From Octopus sinensis (taxonomy: Eukaryota): a stretch of 64,000 nucleotides of DNA. The translations under genes were made by a program, and so were the position numbers. Below the pieces are notes generated by a model. It saw only the letters and a list, made by a program, of their open reading frames with translations, did no database searches and was not told the DNA's origin. Below, in pieces: positions 1 to 13,654 of this stretch (its first letter is position 1; each line of letters starts with the position of its first letter). The stretch is from contig NC_043003.1 of NCBI RefSeq assembly GCF_006345805.1, positions 53,444,001 to 53,508,000 of the forward strand, read 5' to 3'.

Positions 1-113
1 ATATATACATATATATATATACATATATATATATATACATTATATATATACACATATATATATACTATATAGATATATATATATATATATATATATAACA
101 TATATAATTAATA

Positions 114-148
<35 letters not shown>

Positions 149-259
149 ATATGATATATATATATATATATAAATTACATATATATATATACATATATAT
201 ATTATATATATATATATATATAGACATATATATATAGTACATATATATATATATATATC

Positions 260-297
<38 letters not shown>

Positions 298-378
298 CTA
301 CATATATATATATATATTATATACTACATTATATATATATATACATATATTATATATATACATATATAATATCTAGAT

Positions 379-422
<44 letters not shown>

Positions 423-459
423 TACATATATATAATATAATATATATATATATATATAT
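1..459. repeat. (TA)n microsatellite, imperfect
   Basis: Near-continuous TA dinucleotide array. Confidence 0.95.
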
Positions 460-660
460 GAATCGCGAATGGTGGGTTTTGTGCATGTGTGAGGAACGTT
501 TGTATCAAATAAAGGTACAACGGTCCAGCAGTGATCTCTTGTATAGCTATTTGTATAATGTTGACATCGAAAACAGGAGATCGTGACGTTTATGGTCAGG
601 TGACATTGAATCTGCAGAGGTATTATTCTCAATGGGAAATATTTGCTTGTGATTTTATTA
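460..660 (-). CDS. Possible second exon of the unidentified minus-strand gene
   Basis: Acceptor tttacgctttctgttttcaatAG (AG at 662-661). Upstream exon ends TA, plus T gives Tyr, in frame with NKITSKYFPLRIIPLQIQCHLTINVTISCFRCQHYTNSYTRDHCW. No convincing donor, and the frame runs into (TA)n. Confidence 0.25.
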
Positions 661-954
661 CTATTGAAAACAGAAAGCGTAAAACTACTGTATACCAGAT
701 TTTGCGTTCTCAATAAAACACACACATGCATGTAAATATACATACAAACATACATACATACATACATACATACATACATACATACATACATACATACATA
801 CATACATACATACAAGTGGTGTATAGTGGTTGTTGCATTGGGCGTGCTGCCACACCCAATGCTACCAAATATCAAGCAGGGTTATAACAAAAGTTTTCCA
901 TTAAGATTTGTTATTAAATTAACGAGCAAGGTTAATTATTCACAATGAATCTAT

Positions 955-1100
955 CTTTACGTTCTGAGTTCAAATTCCGCCGAGGAGGACTTTGCCTTTC
1001 ATCCTCTCGAGGCCGATAAATTGAGTACCAGTTGCGTACTGGGGTCGATCTAATCGATTGGCTCCCTCCCCAAAAATTTCGGGCCTTATGCCCAGAGGCG
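955..1100 (+). mobile_element. SINE fragment, Nin/Deu-domain-like family
   Basis: gttctgagttcaaattccgccgagg..ctttgcctttcatcc..gataaattgagtaccag, shared with many copies in the window. Confidence 0.8.
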
Positions 1101-1544
1101 AAAAGAATATTTACAATGAATTTGCCAATTTTGGTGGTGTGCGCTGCACACCCAGCACACCGGAGTATATGCTCCTGATACATACATACATACATACATA
1201 CATGCATTATATAATACGTAGTCAGAGATACCCTCTAGGATGCTCGGCTTGCTAGAAGAAATAGTGAAATCTACTTTAAATCATAGCTTACTAATTTTAA
1301 AAGAACATATTAGCTAATGTCGCCCAGGATATACAATGCATGGAAAAAGATGAGGTGGTCACAACAGGATTGCTTTTGACCATAGGTCTGTTCAGTCGGG
1401 GTACCTGGTCTAAACAGCAACACATATATTTTATAATTTTCAGTATCTGTTTAAGCCCTTATATACTCATTTGTGTATAACACACATAGCACTGAACGTT
1501 TACATGCATATGTATATACCACACAAACACATAACATACATAGA

Positions 1545-1668
1545 CACACACACACACATACATTCAATGAATGAATGCATGGATAAATAAATGAATGAAT
1601 GAATGCATATATAAAAAAAAATACAGACAGACAGACGGACGGACGGACGAACAAACAGACAGACAGGC

Positions 1669-1738
<70 letters not shown>

Positions 1739-1783
1739 GCAGGCAGGCAGGCAAGCAGGCAGGCAGGCAGGCAGGCAGGCAGC

Positions 1784-1826
<43 letters not shown>

Positions 1827-1902
1827 TAGATAGATAGATAGATAGAGAGATAGATAGATGATACGATAGATAGACAGACAGGCAGGCAGGCAGGCAGGCA
1901 GC

Positions 1903-1940
<38 letters not shown>

Positions 1941-2010
1941 CTAGATAGATCCAGACAGACAGGAACAGACAGACAGGACAGATAGATAGATAGATAGTAG
2001 ATAGATAGCT

Positions 2011-2048
<38 letters not shown>

Positions 2049-2049
2049 C

Positions 2050-2083
<34 letters not shown>

Positions 2084-2093
2084 TAGATAGATA

Positions 2094-2131
<38 letters not shown>
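1545..2131. repeat. Compound tetranucleotide microsatellite (GATA/GACA/GGCA/GAAT)
   Basis: Visible directly; explains ORFs 1451..2302 and 1500..1754. Confidence 0.95.
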
Positions 2132-2241
2132 GTACGAAAAATGAAAGGAATCTGTCATAACAAAAAAAAAAACAATCAGTAACTCGACTGAATACTCATT
2201 AAATACTTTTTTAAAAAAATAGAATGAAGTTAAAAGCTTAC

Positions 2242-2924
2242 TAACTTTGTATTTTTCGTTTGGCAGCACTTTTCGATGGCCAAATTCTTGATTCTTCTTC
2301 ATCCTGAGCTCGAATCATATCTTCACTTCTATCCACAAGTCTGCTGATATCCTTATCTTTGGTATCGTCTGTATTAAATTCCTTGGTTTTAATCTGATCG
2401 ATTTCTACCGATGGAGTTGAATGTGAAGAAGATCTATGCAGAACATCTGGTTGCAATGTGCTGACACCCGACGGTAATAAAAGAGCAAGAAAACTAAGTA
2501 GGAGTCCAATTCCTATGGAATGTTTAATATTGTTATAAATAATGTCTGGCAAGTTTGTCGTACATCGTTTCCATCTTTTTCTCATTATCGCTTTTCTTTG
2601 GCAACAAACATTGGCAGAAAACGAACTTTGAAAACGATTTTCATTTAGTCCATTGCAACATGTAACGTACATGTTTAAAATTGAGGTCTTAAGTTCGAAG
2701 TCGGAATATAAAAATTGTTTAGTAGATATTTCCTTACGGTATACACATTTTGTTTTATAGAAATAACAGCTGTTAAAGGTTTTGTGGAGATCAGTATTCG
2801 AGTGATAACTAGTTTTAAACTTGCAACAAATCTCATCTGTAGTTAAAAATAAATCATAACAACACGATCTTCCAACGGCTGTATTATTGTCTCTTGTTTT
2901 CAACTTATCATATCTATCATACAT
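2242..2924 (-). CDS. Large coding exon of an uncharacterised, probably secreted or membrane protein
   Basis: 227-codon non-repetitive ORF in AT-rich DNA with a hydrophobic stretch IGIGLLLSFLALLLPSGVST. The apparent TAG stop is split by a strong donor (AGT TA|gtaagc at 2241), so the gene continues. True start Met uncertain. Confidence 0.65.
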
Positions 2925-3837
2925 GGTATCACAGTTTTAGAGAATTAGCCAAGTTTGCCCGTTTGTATGTACATATATATATATAACTAATAAGCTTCAG
3001 TTCAAATTAGAAAAGTCGGCTGCTTTTAAAAGGACTTCGCTATGCTGCCTGCTAAGACAGGCTGGACGCCTCTACTGATTTAAGTTAGCTCACCTGTCGC
3101 ACAGTGTCAATGAAATGTCACTGTAGTCACCTGCCCCGTCCTACCAGAGCACGGTACAGAACACAAAGTCACATTGTGAGTGGGTATGCTAGTTGTATTA
3201 GTAGCTTTGTCAATTTGTAATTTTCGGCAATCTATTTAGTAAATTGGAGGGGAAAAAAAAATACTATACTTACAGCATTTTAAATTAGTAAAATGTATAA
3301 ACTGATAAATTTCGAAAAACAGAATTTGTACATTGTGATATAATTAATTTCTGTCATATGCCGATATATTCCACCCCACCACTTTTATTTATTTATTTTT
3401 TTTTTTTTTTTGAGATTGTCTAATAAATATAATTTCAGTTGCAACAAATAAATTGAACACAAAAGTTTGATAATAAAAATTATACAGGATGAAATGATAA
3501 TTGAACAGCAAACACATTAAATTGATGAAGTCGATTCAAATTTCGCCTTTCAAATTTTGTGAAATATGTAAAAAAAAAAGAAAGAAGAAAAAAAAGAAAA
3601 GAAAAAGGTGAGAAAAGAAAAGAAAAATGTACTAAATCATATGTAATGATATCAAAGGATTTTTTTCTCAATATTTTCGGTGTTACTTTAAATGTTGCAA
3701 AAACTGTTGCAAAATCAGATTTTTCCCTATATAACATAAAAAATTACAAGAACTAATAGAAAACTGCTCGACAGACGCTTTTTCTACCATACATTACCAT
3801 ACACACACACATTCACAACCTCTAACTTTCTTGGAGT

Positions 3838-3871
<34 letters not shown>

Positions 3872-3909
3872 TTATACATACAAATATATATATTTGTATG
3901 TATATATAT

Positions 3910-4157
3910 GGTCACAATGGGTTTGCATTGTTTTAGCCTTCGAATGACGCCACCCCGCTGGCTAAGCGAGCAGGCCAACAGAAGAAAGAGTGAGAGAAAG
4001 AGTGGTGAATGAGTACAGCAGGGATCACCCCCCCCCCCTGCCGGAGCCTCGTAGAGCTTTTTAAGGTGTTTTCGCTCAATAAACACACTCAACGCCCGAT
4101 CTGGGAATCGAAACCGCGATCCTACGACCGCGAGTTCGCTGCCAGGCCATTGCGCCT

Positions 4158-4160
<3 letters not shown>
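3910..4160 (-). mobile_element. tRNA-derived SINE (ggaggcgcaatggc head family)
   Basis: tRNA-like head with B box ggtttcgattccc; same family at 10497 and 47309. Confidence 0.85.
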
Positions 4161-4197
<37 letters not shown>

Positions 4198-5004
4198 CAT
4201 ACAAAAATATATCCACACATGTACATATGCAGACATATGTATATCATACATACACATACACACATGCATACACACATAAATATACATACATACATACACA
4301 CAATACATACATACATGTGTATATTGTGTGTTTGTGTGTATGCGCATGCGTGTGTCTAGAGATGCAAACCGAAGATTGGGCTTCACAACCATTTTACAAG
4401 TTTTTCTTCATCTTCTCCATGCAAGGAACGGCTTGCGATGCTTGCGGTTATCATGTATTCGTTCGGATCTGAAAAATTATGTAATGGAGCCGTGGAGAAA
4501 TTTATCTTCATTTCACATCTGATTGTATAAATGGGAATATTTTGTTATTTCGCTTAGGCATGGCGATACTAATAATAAACTGATGTTAGTTCTCAATATA
4601 AATGAGAATATATTTTCCAATGCATCCTTTCTTTCATTATTACAGTAAAGTCTGATTTGAAGGAAACTTCGTTGTTATGTCTAGCAGATCACGTACCGGC
4701 GCACAGGCGTGCCGTCGATCGTTCGATGCGAACTTCAGTGTTAACGTGGAGTCCAAGCTCAGTCGTAGAAGAACGTCTGTGATAAAAGATTGCTGCAACA
4801 ATCTCCGACTGTATTGCTCAATATAGCCTTTATTTAAGAATGGCATTTGTGAAGATTTTGGTGGCTGCTTTTAGCAGGTTCGGCGACTGCTGAATGGTTG
4901 ATAAATCTGATGATGAAAGTTCGGTGTAAAAAGAGCGTTTGCAAAAAACATCCATAATATTCCTATTCTATTATTTATTCTTTTATATAGATTTCGGGCA
5001 CATA

Positions 5005-5204
5005 CTCTTTCTCTTTACTATTTTACTTGTTTCAGTCATTTGACTGCGGCCATGCTGGAGCACCGCCTTTAGTCGAGCAAACCGACCCCAGGACTTATTC
5101 TTTGTAAGCCCAGTACTTATTCTATCGGCTTCTTTTGCTGAACCGTTAAGTTACGGGGACGTAAACACACCAGCATCGGTTGTCAAGCGATGGTGGGGGG
5201 ACAA

Positions 5205-5237
<33 letters not shown>

Positions 5238-5380
5238 AACGACGGGCTTCTTTCAGTTTTCGTCTACCAAATCCACTCACAAGGCTTTGGTCGGCCCGAG
5301 GCTATAGTAGAAGACACTTGCCCAAGATGCCATGCAGGGGAACTGAACCATGTGGTTGGTAAGCAAGCTACTTACCACGT
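5005..5380 (-). mobile_element. tRNA-derived SINE with CORE-like cttgggcaagt block and internal (CA)n
   Basis: Matches copies at 11225, 15905, 51022, 56770, 59615 and 63060. Confidence 0.85.
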
Positions 5381-6096
5381 ACAGAAAAGGTGTAAAATTA
5401 TACAAAAAACAACGAACCTTATTATATTGGGAATTACCATTTAATTTGGAATACGATTTTCTCTGGCTTTGCCTCTCCAAAGCATTTTCATAAGTTTATC
5501 TTAAACGTCCATGTTTATTTTCAGACTTCCAGTTTATCATTTCATGCATTCTGAGTAATATAAAGTTTCCCTTTCATAATTCCCAAGTTTCTTTAGTAGT
5601 TATGAAAATTTCGAATGTATAACACACATGATGCATGTACGCCAAGGAGAAGTCCTATGTATCACATGTTATACTCAGGACAAGCAATGGATTAACGTAT
5701 TTTGTTTGGTTAAATATTCTATTTGATTAAATACCAGTTAAATATTCTCATTTTAATGACAATAAATATATATGCCAACAAATGTTGAAGCCGTTTGCCG
5801 AGAATCGCAATGTCTCGGTTTGAGAGAGCGTTGGTGTATTTGTGTTTTGTTCTTGAAAATTATTGAAACTCGAAATACTTGTAGTTAACTTGTTTAGGTG
5901 GAGAGTGTTAATAGAAGAGAAAGTTTTTGTTAAATATATACACATTGTTGCTTAATCATCATTATAATAATGATTATCGTTGCATAATCATTTTTACGAC
6001 ATTATAATCATCGTAATAATACATTAGTACAATATATTTTATATTTATGCATATATGACCAAGACAGAATAGCAATATCTTTGAGCTACATTATTG

Positions 6097-6540
6097 GGAT
6101 CTTTTCGGTTTGAACGGCAGTTTTTTCTAGCGGTGTCATATGAAATTGTCACCCATAATTATGACCCTAGTATCGATCTATTGCATTTCAATATGTTTTA
6201 GGGTTAGGGTTAGTTAGGGTTAGGATTAGGGTTAGGGTTAGGGTGGGGGGAAGGGTATCTTTTTTTCTTCAGAAATATAAATAAACCCAATCTGTTTCTT
6301 AAACGAGGGACATATTCATACGGCACAGAATGTTTTCACCTCAATAGACGTCATTGATTGGTTGAAATTGCAGAAATTGAAGAAAAACAATAACAAATAT
6401 CTTACAAACTATAGAATTTTCTCAATAAAGCCAAGAGAAAAAGATGTTTTATAAACACATTCTACCAGTATACGAAGTTTAAAAGTGTTTAGTTACGTGG
6501 AAATCATTTTTAAAAACTGCCGTTCAAACCGAAAAGATCC
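6097..6540. mobile_element. MITE with GGATC TIRs, 8-bp TSD and internal (TTAGGG)n
   Basis: TIR ggatcttttcggtttgaacggcagttttt / aaaaactgccgttcaaaccgaaaagatcc; TSD cattattg at 6089-6096 and 6541-6548. Confidence 0.9.
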
Positions 6541-7052
6541 CATTATTGTAACTCAATAAATAAATTCTAACATTTCCAGTAAGGTGCCAAACATCAGAAA
6601 ACTTATTTAACCTTGTATAATTTTCCTTTTTCGGATAAATCCCAGATCAAGCTTACCTGCTCCTTAACTAAAACCAAAATTATTTAGTAGTATACAAATG
6701 CAATACTGCAACACATGTAATGAAATCACCATAGAGAATAATAACAGTTTCATACACATGAGTTTATAAAATAGATTATTATCGGCAAAATGCTCCACGT
6801 ATGGAGTCAGTTCTACTCTATTCGGGAACATAACGACATAACGAAGATTCAAGCTATTTTGTACATTTGCAAAGGGTAGTTATGTATTTAATAGCGAACA
6901 TCTTAGAGCTATAGGGAAGATTAAAAACAGTCAAACCACCAGATTTTGCAAGCAAAAGAAGACATTTTGATCAGAAAATAATTCAAGGAAATACTATAGG
7001 CAAACTAAGCATATTTAGTTACTTTTGAAATATTTTACATAGAGAACACTAG

Positions 7053-7345
7053 ATATCTTATTGTGTCTGAGGAGAGTTATTTTCTTTTAGTGCCTTATTA
7101 TTTGACATACTCACCGGTTCGATTTCCACTCATTTACTTATTTATTTGTTTTTTTCTAAAAATTTTCGTTGCGTCTTGCAATCTTTTCAATAGTCGTTGA
7201 CTCTCAACGACTATTGAACAGGCTGCAAGACGCAACGAAAATGTTAGGAAAAATAAATAAGTAAATGAGTAGAAACTTTACTGGTGAGTGTGTTAAATAA
7301 TAAGGCACTAAAAGAAAATTACTCTCCCCAGACACAATAAAATAT
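7053..7345. repeat. Fold-back inverted repeat (about 145-bp arms, 3-nt loop), Penelope-like remnant
   Basis: 7053-7200 is the reverse complement of 7204-7345; single-arm copy at about 30224-30360. Confidence 0.85.
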
Positions 7346-8569
7346 GCTTCAACACATGAATTCACATAAAGAATGTTGCAAACCAAATACAAAAACAAAA
7401 TTAGATATCTAGTTATAAAAAAAACTTATGCAGTAAAGAAGACATTAGCTCAATGACTAATATAATTTAAATCATTATGGTAAAAACAGGAGACAATTCC
7501 ACAATTTGATTATATTAGACCTCCTAAGTGAAGCATAAACTTCACTGTACTAGCCAAAGTAAGAATTAGAGATATGGAAAATACGAAATCGTCCCCGAGC
7601 ATACGTGAAAAATTCATGTATTTTATATTTTTGAAAAATAAATCTCTGAAGTTCATTATTCAGAGCTAATATTTTTCATTGACGTAGACTTTTACTCACT
7701 GTATTTATAATTAAGCATTTAATGTTGCTTTAAATATAGGACGGCTGATTAGCAGGCAAAAGCCTTGCGGTAATTGATCTGATTCTCTGCAGGCTGAGTT
7801 CAAGTACCATTTAAGCTAACGCTGCTTTTTCATCCCTTGGGGACAATAAAATAATAACATATCATTTAAATATTTAGTTCCTAACTCTCTCTCTCTCTCT
7901 CTCTCTGAGAATTGACTACACTACACTATGAAAGGGTCGTTGGGGACTCGAGAACCCCTACCGCCAAAAAATGGAGGAGGGTTGAACTAGGAATTAGCAA
8001 CCGCTTCTTTTGTAACATGTTAAATAAAAGTTCAAAAAACTCATGAAACAGGGCGGGCGTGGTTGGGTTGATATGCTATGCGGTACAGAACAATTTCAAA
8101 ATAAACATGAAAAATAATTAAATTTTCTAACTTAACTATTGTTTTGCAAGCGGGTTGTATCTCTAAGTAATTAACCTCTATAATACGTGATTTGTGAGCA
8201 TAAATGTTGCAGAGATCTAAATAAATGCAATGTATCCATCCAATATGAGTGGTTCTATTTATACCCATTGTTCTTTCTCTCTCACATAGCTACACATGCA
8301 GGTCGGAGCAAAGCACCTTCTAGAGTGCAGCTGCAGAGTATGTATCCTAGCATGCAACCATGAACAATAGATGTTCATCGTTGCAGAAGATTTCGTTTGT
8401 CTTATAAACGTGTGTCTCCTCCCATAAGCAGCCATACTTTCAATGATAAACGCAGCTACCCGCTTCTACTTGGCTTCCTTGCTAACTTCTCATTCTTGTT
8501 ACTTCAACACATGATATTCTAACATTTCCCCAAGACCAGCTATAGTTTAGTAGCTGCTTCTCAAATCAT

Positions 8570-9830
8570 AATATTGGTTTCAAGTTTTGGAACAAGACCA
8601 GAAAATTAGGGGGAGGGTAGTCAATCGCAACTAGTACTTATTTTATCGACACCGAACGGATTGAAGGTTAGGTCGATCTCGGCGAAATTTGAACTCAAAA
8701 AGTAAAGACGGGCGAAATGCCGCTAAGCATTTTGCCCGGCGTGCTAACGATTCTGCCAAGCTCGCCATCTTTCTCAAAATTATAATATTCTTTTCTACTG
8801 AAGGCACAAGGCCTGACATTTTGGAGTAGGGGGCCAGTTGATTAGATCGACCCCAGTACGCAACTGGTACTTAATTTATCGACCCCGAAAGGATAAAAGG
8901 CACAGTCAACCTCGGCAGAATTTGAACTCAGAACGTAAAGACAGACGAAATACCTATTTCTTTACTACCCACAAGGGGCTAAACACAGAGTGGACAAGCA
9001 AGGGCAGACAAACGGATTAAGTCGATTATATCGACCCCAGTGCGTAACTGGTACTTATTTAATCGACCCCGAAAGGATGAAAGGCAAAGTCGACCTCGGC
9101 GGAATTTGAACTCAGACGTCGTGGCAGACGAAATACGGCTAAGCATTTCGCCCGGCGTGCTAACGTTTCTGTCAGCTCGCCGCCTTTAAAATAAATGCGC
9201 CCTTTTAAAGCTTAGTCAGGCTCATGGGCCAGGTTTCCCGGTTTCTATGGCGTATGTGTTACCCAGCTGTACGGAACGCCAGTCCATTGCAGCGTTACTC
9301 ATTTTTGCCAGCAGAGTGGACTGGAGCAACGTGAAATGAAGTGCTTTGCTCAAGAACTCAACGAGTCGCACGGTCCAGGAATCGAAACCCCAATCTTACG
9401 ATCATGGTGCTGACACCCTAACCACTAAGCCAAAATAAAGACGAAAATACCTATTTCTTTACTACCCACATGGGGCTAAACATAGAGTGGACAAACAAGG
9501 ACAGACAAAGGGATTAAGTCGATTATATCGACTCCAGTGCATAACTGGTACTTAATTTATCGACCCCGAAAGGATGAAAGGCAAAGCCGACCTCGGCGGA
9601 ATTTGAACTGACAACGTAACGGCAGACGAAATACCGCAAAGTATTTCGCCCGACGTGCTAAAATTTCTGCCAACTCGCCACCTTTTCTCAAAATTATATT
9701 ATCGTTTCTATCATAGAAACAAGGCAAGGAAATTGGGATGAAGGAATTTAGTCGATTACTTCAACTCCAGTATCATCGACCCCGAACAGGTGGAAGATAA
9801 ACTTGATGTCAGTAGAGGTTGAATTCGGAA
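8570..9830 (-). mobile_element. Cluster of tandem and nested Nin/Deu-like SINEs plus one other tRNA-SINE
   Basis: Repeated tcgaccccgaaaggatgaaaggcaaagtcgacctcggcggaatttgaactcag units. Confidence 0.85.
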
Positions 9831-9969
9831 CGTAAATCAGAATTCAAATAAATTTTCGCAGGACTTTCTGTCCAACGATCTAACGATTCTGCCTATCCAC
9901 CACCAACGCAAAATATTTGCGAAAATGTACCTTTTAGATGTGTCAAACAGTCCAATACAAAAACTTTTT

Positions 9970-10382
9970 GGATCTTTTCGCTTTGAACGGCAGTTTTTTA
10001 AAATAATTTCCACGTAGCTAAACACTTTTAAACTTCGTATACTGTTAGAATGTGTTTATAAAACATCTTTTTCTCTTGGCTTTATTGAGAAAAGTCTATA
10101 GTTTGTAAGATATTTGTTGTATTTTTTCTTCAATTTCTGCAATTTCAACCAATCAATGACGTCTATTGAGGTGAAAACATTCTGTGCCGTATGAATATGT
10201 CGTTTAAGAAACAGATTGGGTTTATTTACATTTCTGAAGAAAAAAAGATACCCTTCTCCCCACCCCTAACCTTAACCCTAAAACAGATTGAAATGCAATA
10301 GATCGATACTAGGGTCATAATTATGGGTGACAATTTCATATGACACCGCTAGAAAAAACTGCCGTTCAAACCGAAAAGATAC
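9970..10382. mobile_element. GGATC-TIR MITE, inverted relative to the 6097 copy
   Basis: Same TIRs and internal sequence; TSD aacttttt/aactcttt. Confidence 0.85.
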
Positions 10383-10496
10383 AACTCTTTTATAAAGCCC
10401 ATTCAATTCATTTCTATAATGTCCGCCTCAACCAGAATCATAAAACTGAAAAAGTATTACTTAGCGAGTAATCCGTTGTCCCTTCTAGCAATATGT

Positions 10497-10876
10497 GGAG
10501 GCGCAATGGCCCAGTGGTTAGGGCAGCGGACTCGCGTTCGTAGGATCGTGGTTTCGATTCCCAGACCGGGCGTTGTGAGTGTTTATTGAGCGAAAACACC
10601 TAAAGCTCCACGAGGCTCCGGCAGGGGATGGTGGTGATCCCTGCTGTACTCTTTCACCACAACTTTCTCTCACTCTTACTTCCTGTTTCTGTTGTACCTG
10701 TATTTCAAAGGGCCGGCCTTGTCACTCTCTGTGTCACGCTGAATATCCCCGAGAACTGCGTTAAGTGTACACGTGTCTGTGGAGTGCTCAGCCACTTACA
10801 CGTTAATTTCACGAGCAGGCTGTTCCGTTGGTCGGATCAACCGGAACCCTCGTCGTCGTAACCGACGGAGTGCTTC
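10497..10876 (+). mobile_element. Near full-length tRNA-derived SINE
   Basis: A box tggcccagtggttagg, B box ggtttcgattccc; flanked by repeated tctagcaatatg (TSD-like). Confidence 0.85.
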
Positions 10877-10999
10877 CTTCCTCTAGCAATATGAAAAACG
10901 TATCTGCGCCTCACAGTCAACATCCAAATATTACATTTCTAATCAGCAGAATCTTCAGTTGTAGGACCGCAATTGACGAATTATTAGATGGGAGGTTGT

Positions 11000-11178
11000 T
11001 AGTTTATTCTTTTATTATTTTACATGTTCCAGTCATTAGATTGCCACCATGCTGGGGCACCGCCTTGAAGAAATCTAGTCAAACGAATCGACCCCAGTAC
11101 TTATTTTATCGGAATCTTTCGCCGAACTGCTAAGTTATGAAGACATAAGCACACTAATATCGGTTGTCAAGCGGTGGT

Positions 11179-11222
<44 letters not shown>

Positions 11223-11567
11223 TACTCTTTTAGTCATTTACTTGTTTCAGTCATTTGATTGTGGCTATGCTGGAGCACCGCCTTTAGTCGAGCATATCGA
11301 CTCCAGGACTTATTCTTTGTATTCTATCGGTCTCTTTTGCCGAACCGCTAAGTTATGGGGACGTAAACACACCAGCATCGGTTATATATATATATATATA
11401 TGCATACGACGGGTTTCTTTCAGTTTCCGTCTACCAAATCCACTTACAAAGCATTGGTTGGCACAAGGCTATAGTAGAAGATACTTGCCCGAGGTGCCAC
11501 GCAGTGGGACTGAACCCGGAACCATGTAGTTCGTAAGCAAGCTACTTACCACACAGCCACTCCTACG

Positions 11568-11601
<34 letters not shown>

Positions 11602-11710
11602 GTCGGCCCGAGGCTATAGTAGAAGACACTTGCCCAAGATACCTCGCAGTGGGACTGAACCCAGAACCATGTGATTGGGAAGCACGTTTCTTAACACACA
11701 GGCACGCCTA
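11000..11710 (-). mobile_element. Nested CORE-like SINE copies
   Basis: Same family as 5005. Confidence 0.8.
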
Positions 11711-12013
11711 TTGAAAACTAACAAAATATATGTATATTTTTACCTGGTTATATGACCTTATAAACAGGTTACATACATTTTCTAAAAGATGCAGTAGCTT
11801 AGCTTGAGGCCAGACCGTGAATTATACAGCAGACCAGAAAGTGCCTCCCCTACATAAAACCATCACCCAGGGTGGACCGTCCCTCACCCCTCTCCACTCC
11901 CAGATACGCTATACTGAGATATAGATATATTGATGTGTGTGTGTGTGTGTAAGCGCATGCGCGTGCGTGCATGTGTGAATAAACACTGAATAGTGAAATA
12001 TGAAACTATATTA

Positions 12014-12236
12014 CAGTAATCCTTCGCTTATCGCGGGTATTACGTTCCAAAGCCCCACGCGATAGGTGAAAATCCGCGAAGTAGAAACTACTGTACTGTA
12101 TATGTTTTTTTTTATTATTTTTATAATTTGCATATATTTATTTTATTATAAATGCAGAACAACACCACAGAGGAATCGATGTAAACTTAAATAATAAACC
12201 GCGATAAGTGAACCTCGATATGACGAGGGATTACTG
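12014..12236. mobile_element. Tc1/mariner (pogo/Tigger-like) MITE
   Basis: TA|cagtaatccttcg ... cgagggattactg|TA. Confidence 0.85.
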
Positions 12237-13168
12237 TATCCAATTTAATGTTGTAGTAATTTCTTCTTTCATACTCTTATCGATAAAAAGCCCTACTTGA
12301 AACATCAACTATTTCCTCTTTCTCGCAGTAACTAAATTACTCCACAATGACCAAGAACTTCCTATACCTACTATTTGACGACGCCGGATTTCAATATTTC
12401 ACACTAATAATGATATATGTAGCTTTGTTTATCACTGATTGATTCATCGCTGATCCGGGATAACACGATACGGTCAATTGTGAACTGCGTTATGCTTATC
12501 ATGAATTGATTTGTTATAATACGGGTCTGCGATCAATCGACGATACTGCTTAAACCACAAAATACTTGTCTCAGCGACCATCAACAGCGCGCAGCCACCC
12601 AGAATGCATTGACAGTCCACGTGACTATTTTGTATAGCCGCGTATTTTTTTTTTTTATATATAAAGATCAATATACTCGTAGCCATGAACATGGGCTCAG
12701 TGATAAAACAAAATGCGAAAGCGCCTGATCCTAACAAACAACGCAGACAAGGGTATCTCTACGCAAAAAGGTATCTCTACCAGAAGCTTTGCTGCTTAGC
12801 GCTGCAAGTTTTGTGTCAATGAATCTATCGTTCATTTCATTTGCAATGTGCATGGAGATGGTTCTTTTATCACGGATTCACTTACCACTTTTTAAAGCTA
12901 CCCCCGTGATAAACGAGAATAGATGTACAGTGCCTTCACATTAACGAAGTAGGAGATAAGAGGCTCGTATGCTGGTCTATTTCATAACACTGTTTTTCTA
13001 AAGCTCAACATTTACTCTGATGTTGAATATTCTACTCCGCAGCCTGTTGAAATAATTACATTAGCGAGCAGGAAAATAAATCAAAATTTTGGTGGCAACA
13101 ATTTCTTACAACAATTTTATACTGTCACAAGAATATAGAATATTGGGATGGGTATATAAAGTCACTTA

Positions 13169-13654
13169 TCGTAAATCCTCGAGTATAGTCCGCCCTTGTG
13201 TATAATACGCAAGGGCGTTTTAGGGGGCTGTATCTCTGAAAAACCTAAACTTTGTGTATAATACGCACCCCTTCTCTAACTTGAGTCGTGCGTAATTAAG
13301 CCAGCAGCACCGAGTCGAACAAACACTTCCGCGCATGCGTAATGCAATAATGGTGATGTTCTTAACTGTTATATGGGAATGTAAATATGTTTGCAAATTG
13401 TTTTTGTTACATGTTATTCTGTGTTCTGAATACTTTTATTTTAATAAATGTTGCTTACTGCAAGTTATGGATGATTCTTTTATGACTTCATTGCTTTCAG
13501 GCTTTGCTTAAAGTATTTTCGCGCCCGACATCACAAAATGCGTCTGAATAAAAATTGCCGGACAGCAAATTTTTAACCTCGTATATAATACGCACTAGGG
13601 ATTTTGACCTTTAAATTTTGGGGGAAAATGCGGATTATACTCGAGGATTTACGG
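13169..13654. mobile_element. Tc1/mariner-superfamily MITE with CCGTA-type ends
   Basis: TA|tcgtaaatcctcgagtatagtccgc ... gcggattatactcgaggatttacgg|TA; partial copy at about 50295-50352. Confidence 0.85.

Noticed and set aside
531-716. Plus-strand 61-aa ORF and a 12-bp hairpin at 531-584
   Set aside because: No recognisable domain; the stem is too short for a pre-miRNA and has no ribozyme core
1451-2240. 283-aa and 84-aa ORFs
   Set aside because: Translations of GATA/GACA/GGCA microsatellite (YLSI, CLSV repeats) inside an intron
3784-4472. Overlapping ORFs of 64-202 aa
   Set aside because: SINE plus TA/CA microsatellite; no coding signal
6198-6244. Telomere or chromosome-fusion scar
   Set aside because: The TTAGGG tract is internal to a MITE with TIRs and TSD
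7930-8010. HDV-like ribozyme at an RTE-type 5' end
   Set aside because: Only a weak hairpin; the nested double pseudoknot could not be built
10497-10570. tRNA gene
   Set aside because: It is the head of a multi-copy SINE and continues into the SINE body
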